Below are positions 21,118-30,297 of a stretch of DNA of 64,000 bases, one piece after another. Both the position numbers and the translations under genes were made by a program. Every line of letters begins with the position of its first letter. Position 1 is the first letter of the stretch. This stretch comes from Candidatus Uhrbacteria bacterium (GTDB taxonomy: Bacteria > Patescibacteriota > Patescibacteriia > UBA9934 > GWF2-40-263), in NCBI GenBank assembly GCA_903843045.1, contig CAIMOJ010000046.1, forward strand, positions 95,073 through 159,072, written 5' to 3'. Under the pieces are notes generated by a model that did not search any database, was not told the DNA's origin, and saw nothing but the letters and a program-made list of their open reading frames with translations.

Positions 21118-21723
21118 TCAGGCGAGCGACGACGACAACAGCATGCGACGGCGCCCGCCAACGTGACGTTGGGGAACCTTCAGGTAGGGAGCATCATGCC
21201 GGCTGACATGAACCTTGCTGGCAAGATCGCACGCGCTCAGACAGCCCGAGCCAAACGACGTGCGAAGGAGGCATTCGGTAATGTCATCGATGCGCCTGCC
21301 AGCGAGATCCGAGCACGTCAGGTACAGGATGGCGTACTCCTCAAGCGACAGGAGACAGACGTCCGGCGTCAGTTCCTCGTGGCTTCTCATGCGATGCGGG
21401 CAGTTCACCGCGGCTTGAGAGAGGAACCAGTACCCGACGTCGCATGGCTCCCACCGGACCTTCTTCCGGGCCGCCTCGTCCGCGACGGTCCAGTCCCTGT
21501 CACAGCCGTGCGATGACATCCATGCCTCGTACGTCAGCTGCGACTCGGGAGGACGGTAGTTGAGGTCGAACTCCAGCCGCTCCCAGTTCATCAGATCCCG
21601 AACGGAGGCGGTCGGTTTCGGAACCGTCACGAACGGGTGGCCGAGACGACGGTAGTTCGCCTCGACGGCGGTGCGACGTTCCTCGGCGCGGTCACGAACG
21701 AATTCATCCAGCTGCGCTTCCAT
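21118..21723 (-). CDS. Hypothetical Cys-rich protein (9 Cys)
   Basis: 201 aa with high GC3 throughout. No recognisable family. Confidence 0.5.
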   Translation of the reverse strand: MEAQLDEFVRDRAEERRTAVEANYRRLGHPFVTVPKPTASVRDLMNWERLEFDLNYRPPESQLTYEAWMSSHGCDRDWTVADEAARKKVRWEPCDVGYWFLSQAAVNCPHRMRSHEELTPDVCLLSLEEYAILYLTCSDLAGRRIDDITECLLRTSFGSGCLSACDLASKVHVSRHDAPYLKVPQRHVGGRRRMLLSSSLA

Positions 21724-21858
21724 GAGCCTTCCAGGAAAATATGTCCGTTTCCGCGCGGGATGCGCGATCTTGGAACGATGGGAAGGTACCCGAAAATGAA
21801 GGATTTGTCAAGAAATCCCGGTTTGTGCGAACAAAAAAAGCCGACCGAGCATGGTCGA

Positions 21859-22107
21859 CTAGTGGACGCACTCATCCCAGGCTTTCGCCTGTATCTCCCG
21901 GGACCGCTGGAGCCGCAGGAGCATGACGAGCTCCTTCACGTGTTCGTTGCGACACCCTTCGAAGAATCGCCTGGACTCCTCGGAATCGTAGCCATACGCG
22001 TGTTCGCGCACGGAGTCGACGTGGATTTCCCACGGGACCTTCTTCTCCGCCTCATCGATCGCCTCGGCCAGCCTCTCATCCGACAGCCGTTCTTCCTGAT
22101 TTGCCAT
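21859..22107 (-). CDS. Hypothetical small acidic protein (82 aa)
   Basis: Canonical -35 TTGACA / N17 / -10 TATTGT and SD AGGAG upstream. Coding-like GC3. Confidence 0.55.
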   Translation of the reverse strand: MANQEERLSDERLAEAIDEAEKKVPWEIHVDSVREHAYGYDSEESRRFFEGCRNEHVKELVMLLRLQRSREIQAKAWDECVH

Positions 22108-22190
22108 TGCCCTGCTCCTAATGGTCGACTGACAATACTTGAAAACCGGCCGATTGTCAACCCAAGCGGCGCCAAAAGAAAATCTCCGCC

Positions 22191-22505
22191 CTAGGCGGAG
22201 ATTTTTTCGATCTTGAGCTTGGTGAACGGCTGGCGGTGACCGACGTGGCGGCGATAGCGCACCTTCGGCTTGTACTTGACCACCAGGATCTTGTCGGCGC
22301 GGCCGTGCTCGACGACGGTGGCCGAAACGACGGCTCCGGTGACGAACGGCGCTCCCACCTTCACGCTCTTGCCTTCCTCGTCGGAGACGAGCATGGCGTC
22401 GAACGCAATGGCCTTGCCCGCTTCGGTCTCCAGCAGCTCAACCTTGAGCTCCTGTCCCTCGCGGACAATGTACTGCTTTCCGCCGGTCTTAATGACTGCG
22501 AACAT
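22191..22505 (-). CDS. rplU: 50S ribosomal protein L21
   Basis: 104 aa, MFAVIKTGGKQY signature. No rpmA immediately downstream. Confidence 0.92.
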   Translation of the reverse strand: MFAVIKTGGKQYIVREGQELKVELLETEAGKAIAFDAMLVSDEEGKSVKVGAPFVTGAVVSATVVEHGRADKILVVKYKPKVRYRRHVGHRQPFTKLKIEKISA

Positions 22506-22587
22506 ATTTCACTCGCGGCTTATCCGTCCCCGTCAGCGACGGGCGATCCTGCCTGCGAACCTAGAGAATTACAGCGGAATAGTACCT

Positions 22588-23100
22588 TTACGGGAGATTG
22601 ATGTCAAGCGATTGGCCTGGTTTCAGGTCATGTTTCAGAGCAAACCCGGCGTTTACCTCCAAAACCTGGTTTATATCGCCGTTTGGCCGAACGCTTGGCG
22701 GATTCATGTCCGTCGAAACAGGCATGGACGGCTCGATTCCGACGACGATCCCGTCGCGCAGCCAGACGATGTCGATCGGAAACTTCATGTCCTTCATCCA
22801 AAACGCCGGGCGGGACAGGCCGTCGAGCATGAACAGCATCCCGCGGTCCGGGTCAAGAAAGATGTGGTCGGAAAGGCCGACGCGCCGTTCCTCGGGAGAA
22901 TCAGCGATTTCGACGGAGACGACGGTTCCGTCGGGGAAATGAACGGTCGGATGCGGGGATTTGAAGCGAATGAACAAGATGGCAATCGCGAGGACGAGGA
23001 AAACGGCGATAGCGACGACTGTCGCAGCTCGACGTTGCGCGACGACCACCCCTACCCCCTCCTCCCTATGAGGAGGGGAAACGATGTTATCGCGGATCAT
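22588..23100 (-). CDS. DUF192 (COG1430) family protein with N-terminal anchor
   Basis: 170 aa with the DUF192 signature FWMKDMKFPIDIVWL. The N-terminus carries the VSPPHREEGVGVVV peptide from mini-element copy 2. Confidence 0.7.
   Translation of the reverse strand: MIRDNIVSPPHREEGVGVVVAQRRAATVVAIAVFLVLAIAILFIRFKSPHPTVHFPDGTVVSVEIADSPEERRVGLSDHIFLDPDRGMLFMLDGLSRPAFWMKDMKFPIDIVWLRDGIVVGIEPSMPVSTDMNPPSVRPNGDINQVLEVNAGFALKHDLKPGQSLDINLP
23036..23083 (-). repeat. Intragenic palindromic mini-element, type I, copy 2 (in the DUF192 gene)
   Basis: The reverse complement reads GTTTCCCCTCCTCATAGGGAGGAGGGGGTAGGGGTGGTCGTCGCGC. Same orientation relative to the coding strand and same frame as copy 1. Confidence 0.8.
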
Positions 23101-24122
23101 ACCGGCTTATCCTGCTTCGACAGAACGATCGCGACGACGAGCATGAGGGCGACGATCGCGGCCAGGGCGATCAGCTTCTCCCTGCTCTGCAGGAACAGCG
23201 CCGAGCAGCCGAAGACGATGGCGACGAGATAGTAGGCCGCGACGATCTGGGTCTGGGTCCATCCGCGGTCGAGGAGGCGGTGGTGGAGATGCTTGCGGTC
23301 GCCCTTGAACACCTGGGACAGTCCTCCCGCTCGGAAGCGACGAACCATGATCCACACGACGTCGAGCATCGGGATCGCGAGGACTAACAATGCCGTCGCG
23401 AGCTTTCCGCCCGAGATCACCGCAAGCGTGCCGACGATAAAGCCGACGAACGTGCTGCCTCCCTCGCCGAGGAAGATCTTGGCGGGATGAAAGTTAAACG
23501 CAAGGAACCCGAGCATCGCGCCGAGGCAAACGGTCGCAAAGGCCGCGACGTCGGGCTGGAAATATGCGGCCGTCGAGGCGAGCAGCAGGACCATCAGCGT
23601 TCCAATCGACGAGACTCCGGTCGCGAGACCGTCGAGGCCGTCGAGGAACTTCGTCGTGTACATCACGACCATGAGCCAGACGAAGACGATGACGTTCGAC
23701 TGCCAGTGCTCGAGAAGGATGACGCCGCCGAACGGGTTCGTGAGCTTCGTGATCTCGATCCCGAGCGCGATCACGATGACGGCCGCGATGACCGGCGCGA
23801 CGATGGCGAACTTCGCGGAAAGGTTGAGCTTGTCGTCGAGGAACCCGCCGACCATGAGGACGGTGCCGCCGAGCAGGAAGCCGACGTAGTGGCGTACGGA
23901 GATGTCGCCGCCGGTCAGCAGATCCGTGCGAAGCAAGAGGACGTCGACGGTCGCGGCGATCGCGAGAAAGATTGCCAGCCCTCCGAGCAGCGGGATCGCC
24001 TTCGCATGGATCTTTCGTCCTCCCGTGGGCCGGTCGACGATCCCGAACCGGATCGCGACGGAACGGACGACGACCGTCGCGACCATCGACAGGAAGAACG
24101 CGCCAAAGAACCAGGAGATCAT
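23097..24122 (-). CDS. Glycosyltransferase family 4 phospho-sugar transferase (WecA/TagO/MraY-like)
   Basis: 341 aa polytopic protein with the D-D...LDGLDGLA motifs of the MraY/WecA superfamily. Confidence 0.85.
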   Translation of the reverse strand: MISWFFGAFFLSMVATVVVRSVAIRFGIVDRPTGGRKIHAKAIPLLGGLAIFLAIAATVDVLLLRTDLLTGGDISVRHYVGFLLGGTVLMVGGFLDDKLNLSAKFAIVAPVIAAVIVIALGIEITKLTNPFGGVILLEHWQSNVIVFVWLMVVMYTTKFLDGLDGLATGVSSIGTLMVLLLASTAAYFQPDVAAFATVCLGAMLGFLAFNFHPAKIFLGEGGSTFVGFIVGTLAVISGGKLATALLVLAIPMLDVVWIMVRRFRAGGLSQVFKGDRKHLHHRLLDRGWTQTQIVAAYYLVAIVFGCSALFLQSREKLIALAAIVALMLVVAIVLSKQDKPV

Positions 24123-26770
24123 AGTGCCGCCCCCTTCTCAATCTCAATCTTTCCTCCGTGATGCAGGACGATCGTGTCGCGACGATTCACGCGCCCTTCG
24201 AGAAGAGCGGTCGCGATCGCGTTGTCGACCTCCTCCTGGATAATGCGGCGCAACGGACGCGCGCCAAACTTCGGGTCGTACCCCTTCGTCGACAGCTCCG
24301 CGACCGCCTCGTCCGTCGCGCGGAACATAATCCCTTTTGCCTCGAGCCGCTCCGCGACCTGCGCGATCATGAGGTAGGTGATCTGTTGAACGTCGTCGGG
24401 CGTCAGCGGATGGAAGACGATGATCCCGTCGAAGCGGTTCAGCAGCTCCGGGCGGTACGTTCCGTGCAGTTCCTCCTCGATGAGGCGCGTCTTCATCTGG
24501 TCGGCCGGGACGCCCTCGGACACGGCCTTCTGAATGTACGCGCTCCCGGCGTTCGAGGTGACGATGATGATCGCGTTCGTGAAGTCGACGACGCGCCCGG
24601 CCGAATCGGTGAGGCGGCCCTCGTCGAACACCTGGAGGAACAGGTTGAGGATGTTCGGGTGCGCCTTCTCGAACTCGTCGAGCAGGATGAGCGAGAACGG
24701 ATTGCGTCGGACGGCCTCGGTCATCAGCCCCGCGTCCCCTCCCGGCGCGCCGATAAGCCGGTAGACGCTCGCCTGGTCCTGGTACTCGCTCATGTCGAAC
24801 CGCAGCATCGCGTTCTCCCCGCCGAAGTACGACGCCGCCACGGCCTTTGCGAGCGCGGTCTTTCCAACGCCGGACGGGCCGAGGAACAGGAAGGTCGAGA
24901 TGGGGCGGTTCTGCGCCCGAAGCTCGGTCCGCGCGCGACGCAGTGCCGAAGCCACGGCCTTCACGGCCTCCTCCTGGCCGATCACGCGCGCGTGGATCGT
25001 CGACTCGAGCGTCAGCAACTTGTCCTTCTCATCGGTGGATACCTGCGTCATCGGGATACCGGTCTTTGCCGCGAGGACCGTTTCCACGTCGTCTCCCGTG
25101 ACGATCGCGTTCTCCCCTCGGGCCTTGAACGCGACGAGCGCGGCCTCCTTGCAGACGCCGATCGCCTTCTTCGGAAGGTAGGAGGCGTGGACGTATCGGT
25201 CAGAGAGAACGACGGACCGCTCGACCGCGTCATACGTAAAGATGACGTTCTGATCGTATTCGATCGCGCCGACCTTCGACTCGACGATGCGGATCGCCTC
25301 GGTCGTATCGGGCTCGGGAACGTTCACGACCTCGAAGACGCGCGAGATCGGCGACCGCTCGACGGTTTGCGCGTATGCCTCGGGGGTCGTGGTCGCGATC
25401 ACGAACGCCATTCGGCGCGTGAGGGCGTCCACGAGGAGCGAGGCGAGTTCCGACCCCGTCTCGACGAGCTGCTCGATGTTCTGCATGACGAGTACGACGT
25501 TCCCCGAGCGTCCGGAGTCGTTCAACACGCCGATAAGTCTCTGCTGCGCCTCGGACGCGTCGACTCCCGAGATGACCGCCGACAGCACGACGCTCACGAG
25601 GCGACGGTCCTGTAGCATCTTCGGAACGTCCTCGCGCACCATCCGTTCGGCCAGCCCGGAAATGAGCGCGGTCTTTCCCACGCCCTCCGGACCCACGAGC
25701 AGAACGCTGCGTCCGCCCCCCTCGATGACGCGCAATAGTTCCTCCATCTCCGCGTCGCGCCCGATGAGCATCGGCAGGCGTCCTCCCACCGCCGCGGTCG
25801 TAAGATCCTCGGAAACGGAATCGAGCGCCGGCGTCTGGATGGCGGTCATGGAGCGGTTCATCGGCCCGGTGGGCTTGAACGCGGCGGCGCGGCGGTACCT
25901 GTCGTACCGCTCCCGGAGCGCGTCCGTGATGCGGATCCATTCGACGACGTTCGAGAGCCGCGCCTCGTCGACCTTCACGTCGTACAGGAGCTCCTGGACG
26001 AACGGGTCGCGACGGTATGCCTCGTAGAATAGTTCGATAGGGGAAACGGACGATCGGTCACGAACGACCGCGTTTTGGAACGCCGCGATCAGGGTCTGCT
26101 CGGCCTCCTCGGAAAAGGTCGGCCCGGGGCCGGTCGGAACGGAAAGCAGGCGGCGGTTGAGCGCGTCGCTTACCGCGTCGAACCGAAGGCCGAGGCGGCC
26201 GAAGACGACCGGAACGTCGCCGTGCGACAACGATGAGATGAACAGGTGCAGCGGCTGGATCGATGCGTGACCGAACGAAGAGGCGAGCTTGTACGCGTCC
26301 TCGACCGTCTTCATCGCGTCCGCGTGGAACAGATCGGCAACGTTGACGCGCTCGCCCTCCGGGATCGTCGAGACAACGCCAGGCACCGCTTCCCCGTGCG
26401 AAATCACCGGCATCTCAACTTTCTTTCGCGTTACCTCGCACATCCGTTGGAAGACAAACGAGGATGACAGCACGAACAGCGAAAACGAGAGCCCCACGAA
26501 GCTCGGACGGAATACCGCGCGCACGAATGCCGTCATTCCACTGGGAATCACGTACAGGTACATCCCCCATCCGAACCAGAGGAAAAATAGGAATGCCGCG
26601 GCCAGGATTCCTGCGCTGATGGCTGTCTGAACCTTTTGTGCCAGCCGCTTCTTCGCGAGCGACGCGTCGTCTAGCCGTTCCGACCAAACAAAAGCCTTCC
26701 CGTCGATGAGGACGCCGGCGCGGGGGGTCGAAGGGATCGGGGGGTTCGAAGGGATCATGTTAAAAAACAA
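24119..26770 (-). CDS. ClpC/ClpA-like two-NBD AAA+ chaperone with N-terminal transmembrane anchor
   Basis: 883 aa. Two predicted TM helices, then two Clp_N repeats, NBD1 (GPEGVGKTAL), a short linker and NBD2 (GPSGVGKTALAKA). The start region contains a GGTCGAAGG-type tandem repeat encoding IPSNPPIPSTP. Confidence 0.85.
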   Translation of the reverse strand: MFFNMIPSNPPIPSTPRAGVLIDGKAFVWSERLDDASLAKKRLAQKVQTAISAGILAAAFLFFLWFGWGMYLYVIPSGMTAFVRAVFRPSFVGLSFSLFVLSSSFVFQRMCEVTRKKVEMPVISHGEAVPGVVSTIPEGERVNVADLFHADAMKTVEDAYKLASSFGHASIQPLHLFISSLSHGDVPVVFGRLGLRFDAVSDALNRRLLSVPTGPGPTFSEEAEQTLIAAFQNAVVRDRSSVSPIELFYEAYRRDPFVQELLYDVKVDEARLSNVVEWIRITDALRERYDRYRRAAAFKPTGPMNRSMTAIQTPALDSVSEDLTTAAVGGRLPMLIGRDAEMEELLRVIEGGGRSVLLVGPEGVGKTALISGLAERMVREDVPKMLQDRRLVSVVLSAVISGVDASEAQQRLIGVLNDSGRSGNVVLVMQNIEQLVETGSELASLLVDALTRRMAFVIATTTPEAYAQTVERSPISRVFEVVNVPEPDTTEAIRIVESKVGAIEYDQNVIFTYDAVERSVVLSDRYVHASYLPKKAIGVCKEAALVAFKARGENAIVTGDDVETVLAAKTGIPMTQVSTDEKDKLLTLESTIHARVIGQEEAVKAVASALRRARTELRAQNRPISTFLFLGPSGVGKTALAKAVAASYFGGENAMLRFDMSEYQDQASVYRLIGAPGGDAGLMTEAVRRNPFSLILLDEFEKAHPNILNLFLQVFDEGRLTDSAGRVVDFTNAIIIVTSNAGSAYIQKAVSEGVPADQMKTRLIEEELHGTYRPELLNRFDGIIVFHPLTPDDVQQITYLMIAQVAERLEAKGIMFRATDEAVAELSTKGYDPKFGARPLRRIIQEEVDNAIATALLEGRVNRRDTIVLHHGGKIEIEKGAAL

Positions 26771-27137
26771 TCAGCCCGACCGCGTGGTAGAGCAAGCCGA
26801 GAATGGCCATCGGAAGGGCAAGGACGTAGACGGCAAGCCCGACGAACGCGGCCGAGGACCAGACGGCAACCGCGCTGCCGCGCACGAAGATCATCGCGAA
26901 ACGCACGCCGAAGCTGATGGCGCGCCCGCTCCATTCCGTGTCGCCGTACATCGGAACAAACAGGTTCCTTACCCACACCCCAAGCGAGAAGCGCTCGGAG
27001 GCGTCCCGGACGAATGTTCGGAACCATGCGGTCATGATGGCAAGGCCGCGCGTGTACCACCACGCCGGAAGCGAGACGATGCCGTCGAATAGTTCCGTGA
27101 GGACGAGACGCAAAACCATATGCGTACAGTTTACCAT
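26760..27137 (-). CDS. Hypothetical small membrane protein
   Basis: Start MVNCTHMVLRLV (or M at 27119), 3 TM helices. Overlaps the clp start by 11 nt. Putative -10 TAAACT upstream. Confidence 0.4.
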   Translation of the reverse strand: MVNCTHMVLRLVLTELFDGIVSLPAWWYTRGLAIMTAWFRTFVRDASERFSLGVWVRNLFVPMYGDTEWSGRAISFGVRFAMIFVRGSAVAVWSSAAFVGLAVYVLALPMAILGLLYHAVGLIVF

Positions 27138-27186
27138 AAATCGATTGCATTGACAGAAGCGCGATAATCGCGTATTCTGCCGGTTC

Positions 27187-27783
27187 GTGCGCGGATCCTC
27201 CGAGCACAACCCAGAGGTTTTCATGCCCCTCCCCGCCTTCTCCCCCTGCCAGCACTTCATACAGGCCGTCCTCCCCGGTCTGATCCACGCGGACGCTTCG
27301 CTCACGCACGTGGTGGCAAGTTACAACCGGATCGGATCCAGAAGGCCCGCGATGCCCGCGGAGATTCTCCGAGCCGACGGGCTGACCTCATTGCTGTTTT
27401 CAGAGCTGACGCTTGGACGGATCCAGACGGACGTCGTCCGGGTCGTTCGGAAGGAATCCGACCCCCTGGTCCCGATGATCGCGACCGTCTACGTCGGCGG
27501 ACGACAGTTTGTCGAGATGATGCAGCTCGTCGTCCTCCTTCGCGAGGCTCGTCCGGACGCCAGGATCGTCGCCATCGCCTGTCCGTGCATCACGACGGAC
27601 CAGGAGGAGACCGTCAGGCGCGGCATCGAGGCCGGCAAGCTCACGGCGGCGGCCTGGAGCGATTGCGGCGGAACGAACATGATCCGCGACATCCATCGCG
27701 CGGTCGAAAAAAACTGGATCTCCGACGAATCGGACATCCAGTTCTCTCACCACTCGACGAATTCCGTCGACCTTGGCGCCTAG
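27187..27783 (+). CDS. Hypothetical protein
   Basis: 198 aa (start possibly MPLPAFSP at 27223). Divergent from the 26760 gene. The opposite-strand ORF is a shadow of tgt. Confidence 0.4.
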   Translation: MRGSSEHNPEVFMPLPAFSPCQHFIQAVLPGLIHADASLTHVVASYNRIGSRRPAMPAEILRADGLTSLLFSELTLGRIQTDVVRVVRKESDPLVPMIATVYVGGRQFVEMMQLVVLLREARPDARIVAIACPCITTDQEETVRRGIEAGKLTAAAWSDCGGTNMIRDIHRAVEKNWISDESDIQFSHHSTNSVDLGA

Positions 27784-27785
27784 CC

Positions 27786-28901
27786 TTAGGCGCTTTTTTC
27801 TTTTCTCAGTTCCTCCATCAGCCTCAGGTAAAACCGCAGGTTGTGGATCGTCGCCAGCCGCATGGCCAGCATCTCGCCGACCGAGAACAGGTGTCGGAGA
27901 TACGCCCGCGAGACGGTCTTGCACGTCGAGCAGTCGCACCACGCGTCCACCGGCGACTCGTCGAACGTACTGGCCTCGCCGGTCACGTTGAGCTTCTTGT
28001 AGAAATCGGTGGGCCGCTTCGAGAAGTCGATCGTCGTCGGATCCTGAGCCCAGGTGAACAGCGTGCCGTGCCGCGCGTTTCGCGTCGGGATCACGCAGTC
28101 GAACATGTCCACGCCGAGCGAGACGTAATGCACGATCTCCTCCGGCATCCCCCCGCCCATGAAATACCGCGGCTTGTCCGCCGGCATCTTGTCGCAGATG
28201 AACTCCGCGATCCGATACGCGTCCTCCCGCTTCTCCCCGACGGACAGTCCGCCGATCGCATACCCGTCGAACCCGATCTCGACGAGCCCCTCGACCGACT
28301 TCTCGCGAAGGTCCTCGTGCGTCCCGCCCTGGACGATCCCGAACAGATTCTGTCCTGGCGGCAGCGCATCCTTGCACCGCCTCGCCCATCGCAGCGACAG
28401 CTCCATCGCCTGCTCGTACCGCTCGCGCGTCGAGTCGCCGGCCGCGACGTCGTCGAACTGCATCACGATGTCGGACCCGATCGCCGCCTGCATCTGCATC
28501 GACAACTCCGGAGTCAAATGGATCCGCTTCCCATCGATGTGCGACTGGAACGTCACGCCATCCTCGTTCGTCTTGTTCATCTTCGACAGGCTGAAGACCT
28601 GATAGCCACCTGAGTCCGTGATGATCGGCTTGTTCCAACCCATCAGGTGATGGAGACCTCCAAGTTTCTCCATTCCCTCCAACCCCGGACGCAGCAACAG
28701 ATGATACGTGTTCGACAAAACGATCGACGCGCCAAGCGCTTCGACATCCGCCGACGACAGCGTCTTCACCGCCCCCTTGGTCGCGATCGGCATAAAGCAG
28801 GGCGTCTCGACGATTCCATGTGGAAGGGTCAGGCGTCCGCGTCGGGATTTTCCGTTGGTTGAGAGAAGTTCGAACACAGAGAATTTCAAATTGATCAACA
28901 T
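27786..28901 (-). CDS. tgt: Queuine tRNA-ribosyltransferase (tRNA-guanine transglycosylase)
   Basis: 371 aa with the TGT signature (RRGRLTLPHG...ETPCFMP) and zinc site CDCSTC...H. Confidence 0.92.
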   Translation of the reverse strand: MLINLKFSVFELLSTNGKSRRGRLTLPHGIVETPCFMPIATKGAVKTLSSADVEALGASIVLSNTYHLLLRPGLEGMEKLGGLHHLMGWNKPIITDSGGYQVFSLSKMNKTNEDGVTFQSHIDGKRIHLTPELSMQMQAAIGSDIVMQFDDVAAGDSTRERYEQAMELSLRWARRCKDALPPGQNLFGIVQGGTHEDLREKSVEGLVEIGFDGYAIGGLSVGEKREDAYRIAEFICDKMPADKPRYFMGGGMPEEIVHYVSLGVDMFDCVIPTRNARHGTLFTWAQDPTTIDFSKRPTDFYKKLNVTGEASTFDESPVDAWCDCSTCKTVSRAYLRHLFSVGEMLAMRLATIHNLRFYLRLMEELRKEKSA

Positions 28902-28968
28902 ACCTCACGGCTGCAAGGTAAGTTGAACTGTCCAACATACCTTGCAGCCGTGAGGTATGTTGGACAGT
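28889..28968 (-). promoter_or_regulatory. Mutually exclusive hairpins sequestering the tgt SD/AUG (dnaJ-tgt junction)
   Basis: Perfect 25-bp inverted repeat CAACATACCTCACGGCTGCAAGGTA (28896-28920) / TACCTTGCAGCCGTGAGGTATGTTG (28938-28962). In the minus-strand transcript this puts the tgt AUG and the GAGG inside the 3' arm. An alternative 16-bp hairpin AACTGTCCAACATACC/GGTATGTTGGACAGTT uses the 5' arm. Confidence 0.5.
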
Positions 28969-30045
28969 TTACTGTAGCAGGTGGAGCTCTTCCAGCAGCT
29001 TCCGCTGCTCCTTCGACAACTTCGTGGGCGTCACGACTTGAACAATGAACACGTGATCGCCACGACCGTTTCCTGCCGGGACGCCTTTGCCGCGGACACG
29101 GATTTCCGTTCCCGACTGTGTGCCGGGTTCAATCTCGAGTTTCCACTTTCCGTCGATGATCTCCGTATCCACCGTCGCGCCGAGCGCGGCCTGCGTGAAG
29201 CCGAGATTGAGCGACGAGTAAATCGTCGAACCCTCGCGCTCGAAGCGCGTGTCGTTCTTCACGTGGAGACGGACGAACAGGTCGCCCGTTTGTCCCCCGC
29301 GGATCGCCTCGCCGCCGCCGCGAACGCGGAGGGTGTTGCCGTTCTCGACGCCGGACGGGATATGGACCGTCAGCGTCTTTTTTCCGCGGACGATCCCATC
29401 GCCGTGGCACGCCTTGCAGTTCGTCGACGGAACCTTTCCCTCGCCGCGGCACGTTCCGCACGCGACCTTGGACTGGAACGTTCCAAGAATCGTGCGCTGC
29501 TGGACCACCTTCACGCCCTTTCCGCCGCAGTCGTCGCAGTCCCTCATCTTCGTCCCCGGCTCGGCTCCCTTGCCGTCGCATTTCTCGCACGCGTCGAACT
29601 TCGACAGGTGCAATTCCTTGTCGACGCCAAAGATTGAATCCTTGAACGTAAGCTCGGCATCGACCTGGATGTCGTTCCCCCGCGGCGCGGCATGACGACC
29701 TCCTCCCCCGCCGAACATGTTCCCGAACATCTCGCCCAAATCCTCGAACCCACCGCCGCCCTGGAACCCAGAGAAATCAAACCCTCCAAACCCCTGGCCA
29801 CCGCCGAATCCCTGCCCCCCTCCCGGGCTTCCATCAAACGCGGCCGACCCGAACTGGTCGTACTTCTTGCGCTTCTCCGCGTCGCCCACCACCTGGTACG
29901 CCTCGTTGATCTCCTTGAACTTCGCCTCGTCCCCCGTCGGCTTGTCGGGATGATACTGGTGCGCCAGCTTCCGGAACGCAGCCTTAATCTCATCCTGCGA
30001 CGCGGACTTGGAGACGCCGAGCAAATTGTAGAAATCTTTGGCCAT
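28969..30045 (-). CDS. dnaJ: Chaperone DnaJ
   Basis: 358 aa with the J domain (HPD), G/F-rich region and four CxxCxGxG zinc repeats. Confidence 0.95.
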   Translation of the reverse strand: MAKDFYNLLGVSKSASQDEIKAAFRKLAHQYHPDKPTGDEAKFKEINEAYQVVGDAEKRKKYDQFGSAAFDGSPGGGQGFGGGQGFGGFDFSGFQGGGGFEDLGEMFGNMFGGGGGRHAAPRGNDIQVDAELTFKDSIFGVDKELHLSKFDACEKCDGKGAEPGTKMRDCDDCGGKGVKVVQQRTILGTFQSKVACGTCRGEGKVPSTNCKACHGDGIVRGKKTLTVHIPSGVENGNTLRVRGGGEAIRGGQTGDLFVRLHVKNDTRFEREGSTIYSSLNLGFTQAALGATVDTEIIDGKWKLEIEPGTQSGTEIRVRGKGVPAGNGRGDHVFIVQVVTPTKLSKEQRKLLEELHLLQ

Positions 30046-30049
30046 AGGT

Positions 30050-30295
30050 TCAATGTCCTCCTCCGCCGCGGTGAATCGACAGCATCAAGAGCTCGATCAT
30101 CAGTCCGACAAAGAGGACCACGATCACCAGCGTCGCGAGATGCCACTGCGCGATGCCATACAACGAGTGGACCGACTTCGAACACGAAGACGGGGGCGGG
30201 ATCATCCCGCCCGCCGTCTTCACGCATCCTTCCTGAGATTCCGCGAACGCGACGATCTGCTCGTCAAACGACCGCGCCACGTGCGTCTGAGTCAT
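30050..30295 (-). CDS. Small membrane protein (81 aa) between dnaK and dnaJ
   Basis: ATG 2 nt after the dnaK stop. High GC3. One strong TM helix (WHLATLVIVVLFVGLMIELLMLSI). Ends GGGGH 5 nt before the dnaJ ATG. Confidence 0.5.
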   Translation of the reverse strand: MTQTHVARSFDEQIVAFAESQEGCVKTAGGMIPPPSSCSKSVHSLYGIAQWHLATLVIVVLFVGLMIELLMLSIHRGGGGH

Positions 30296-30297
30296 AT

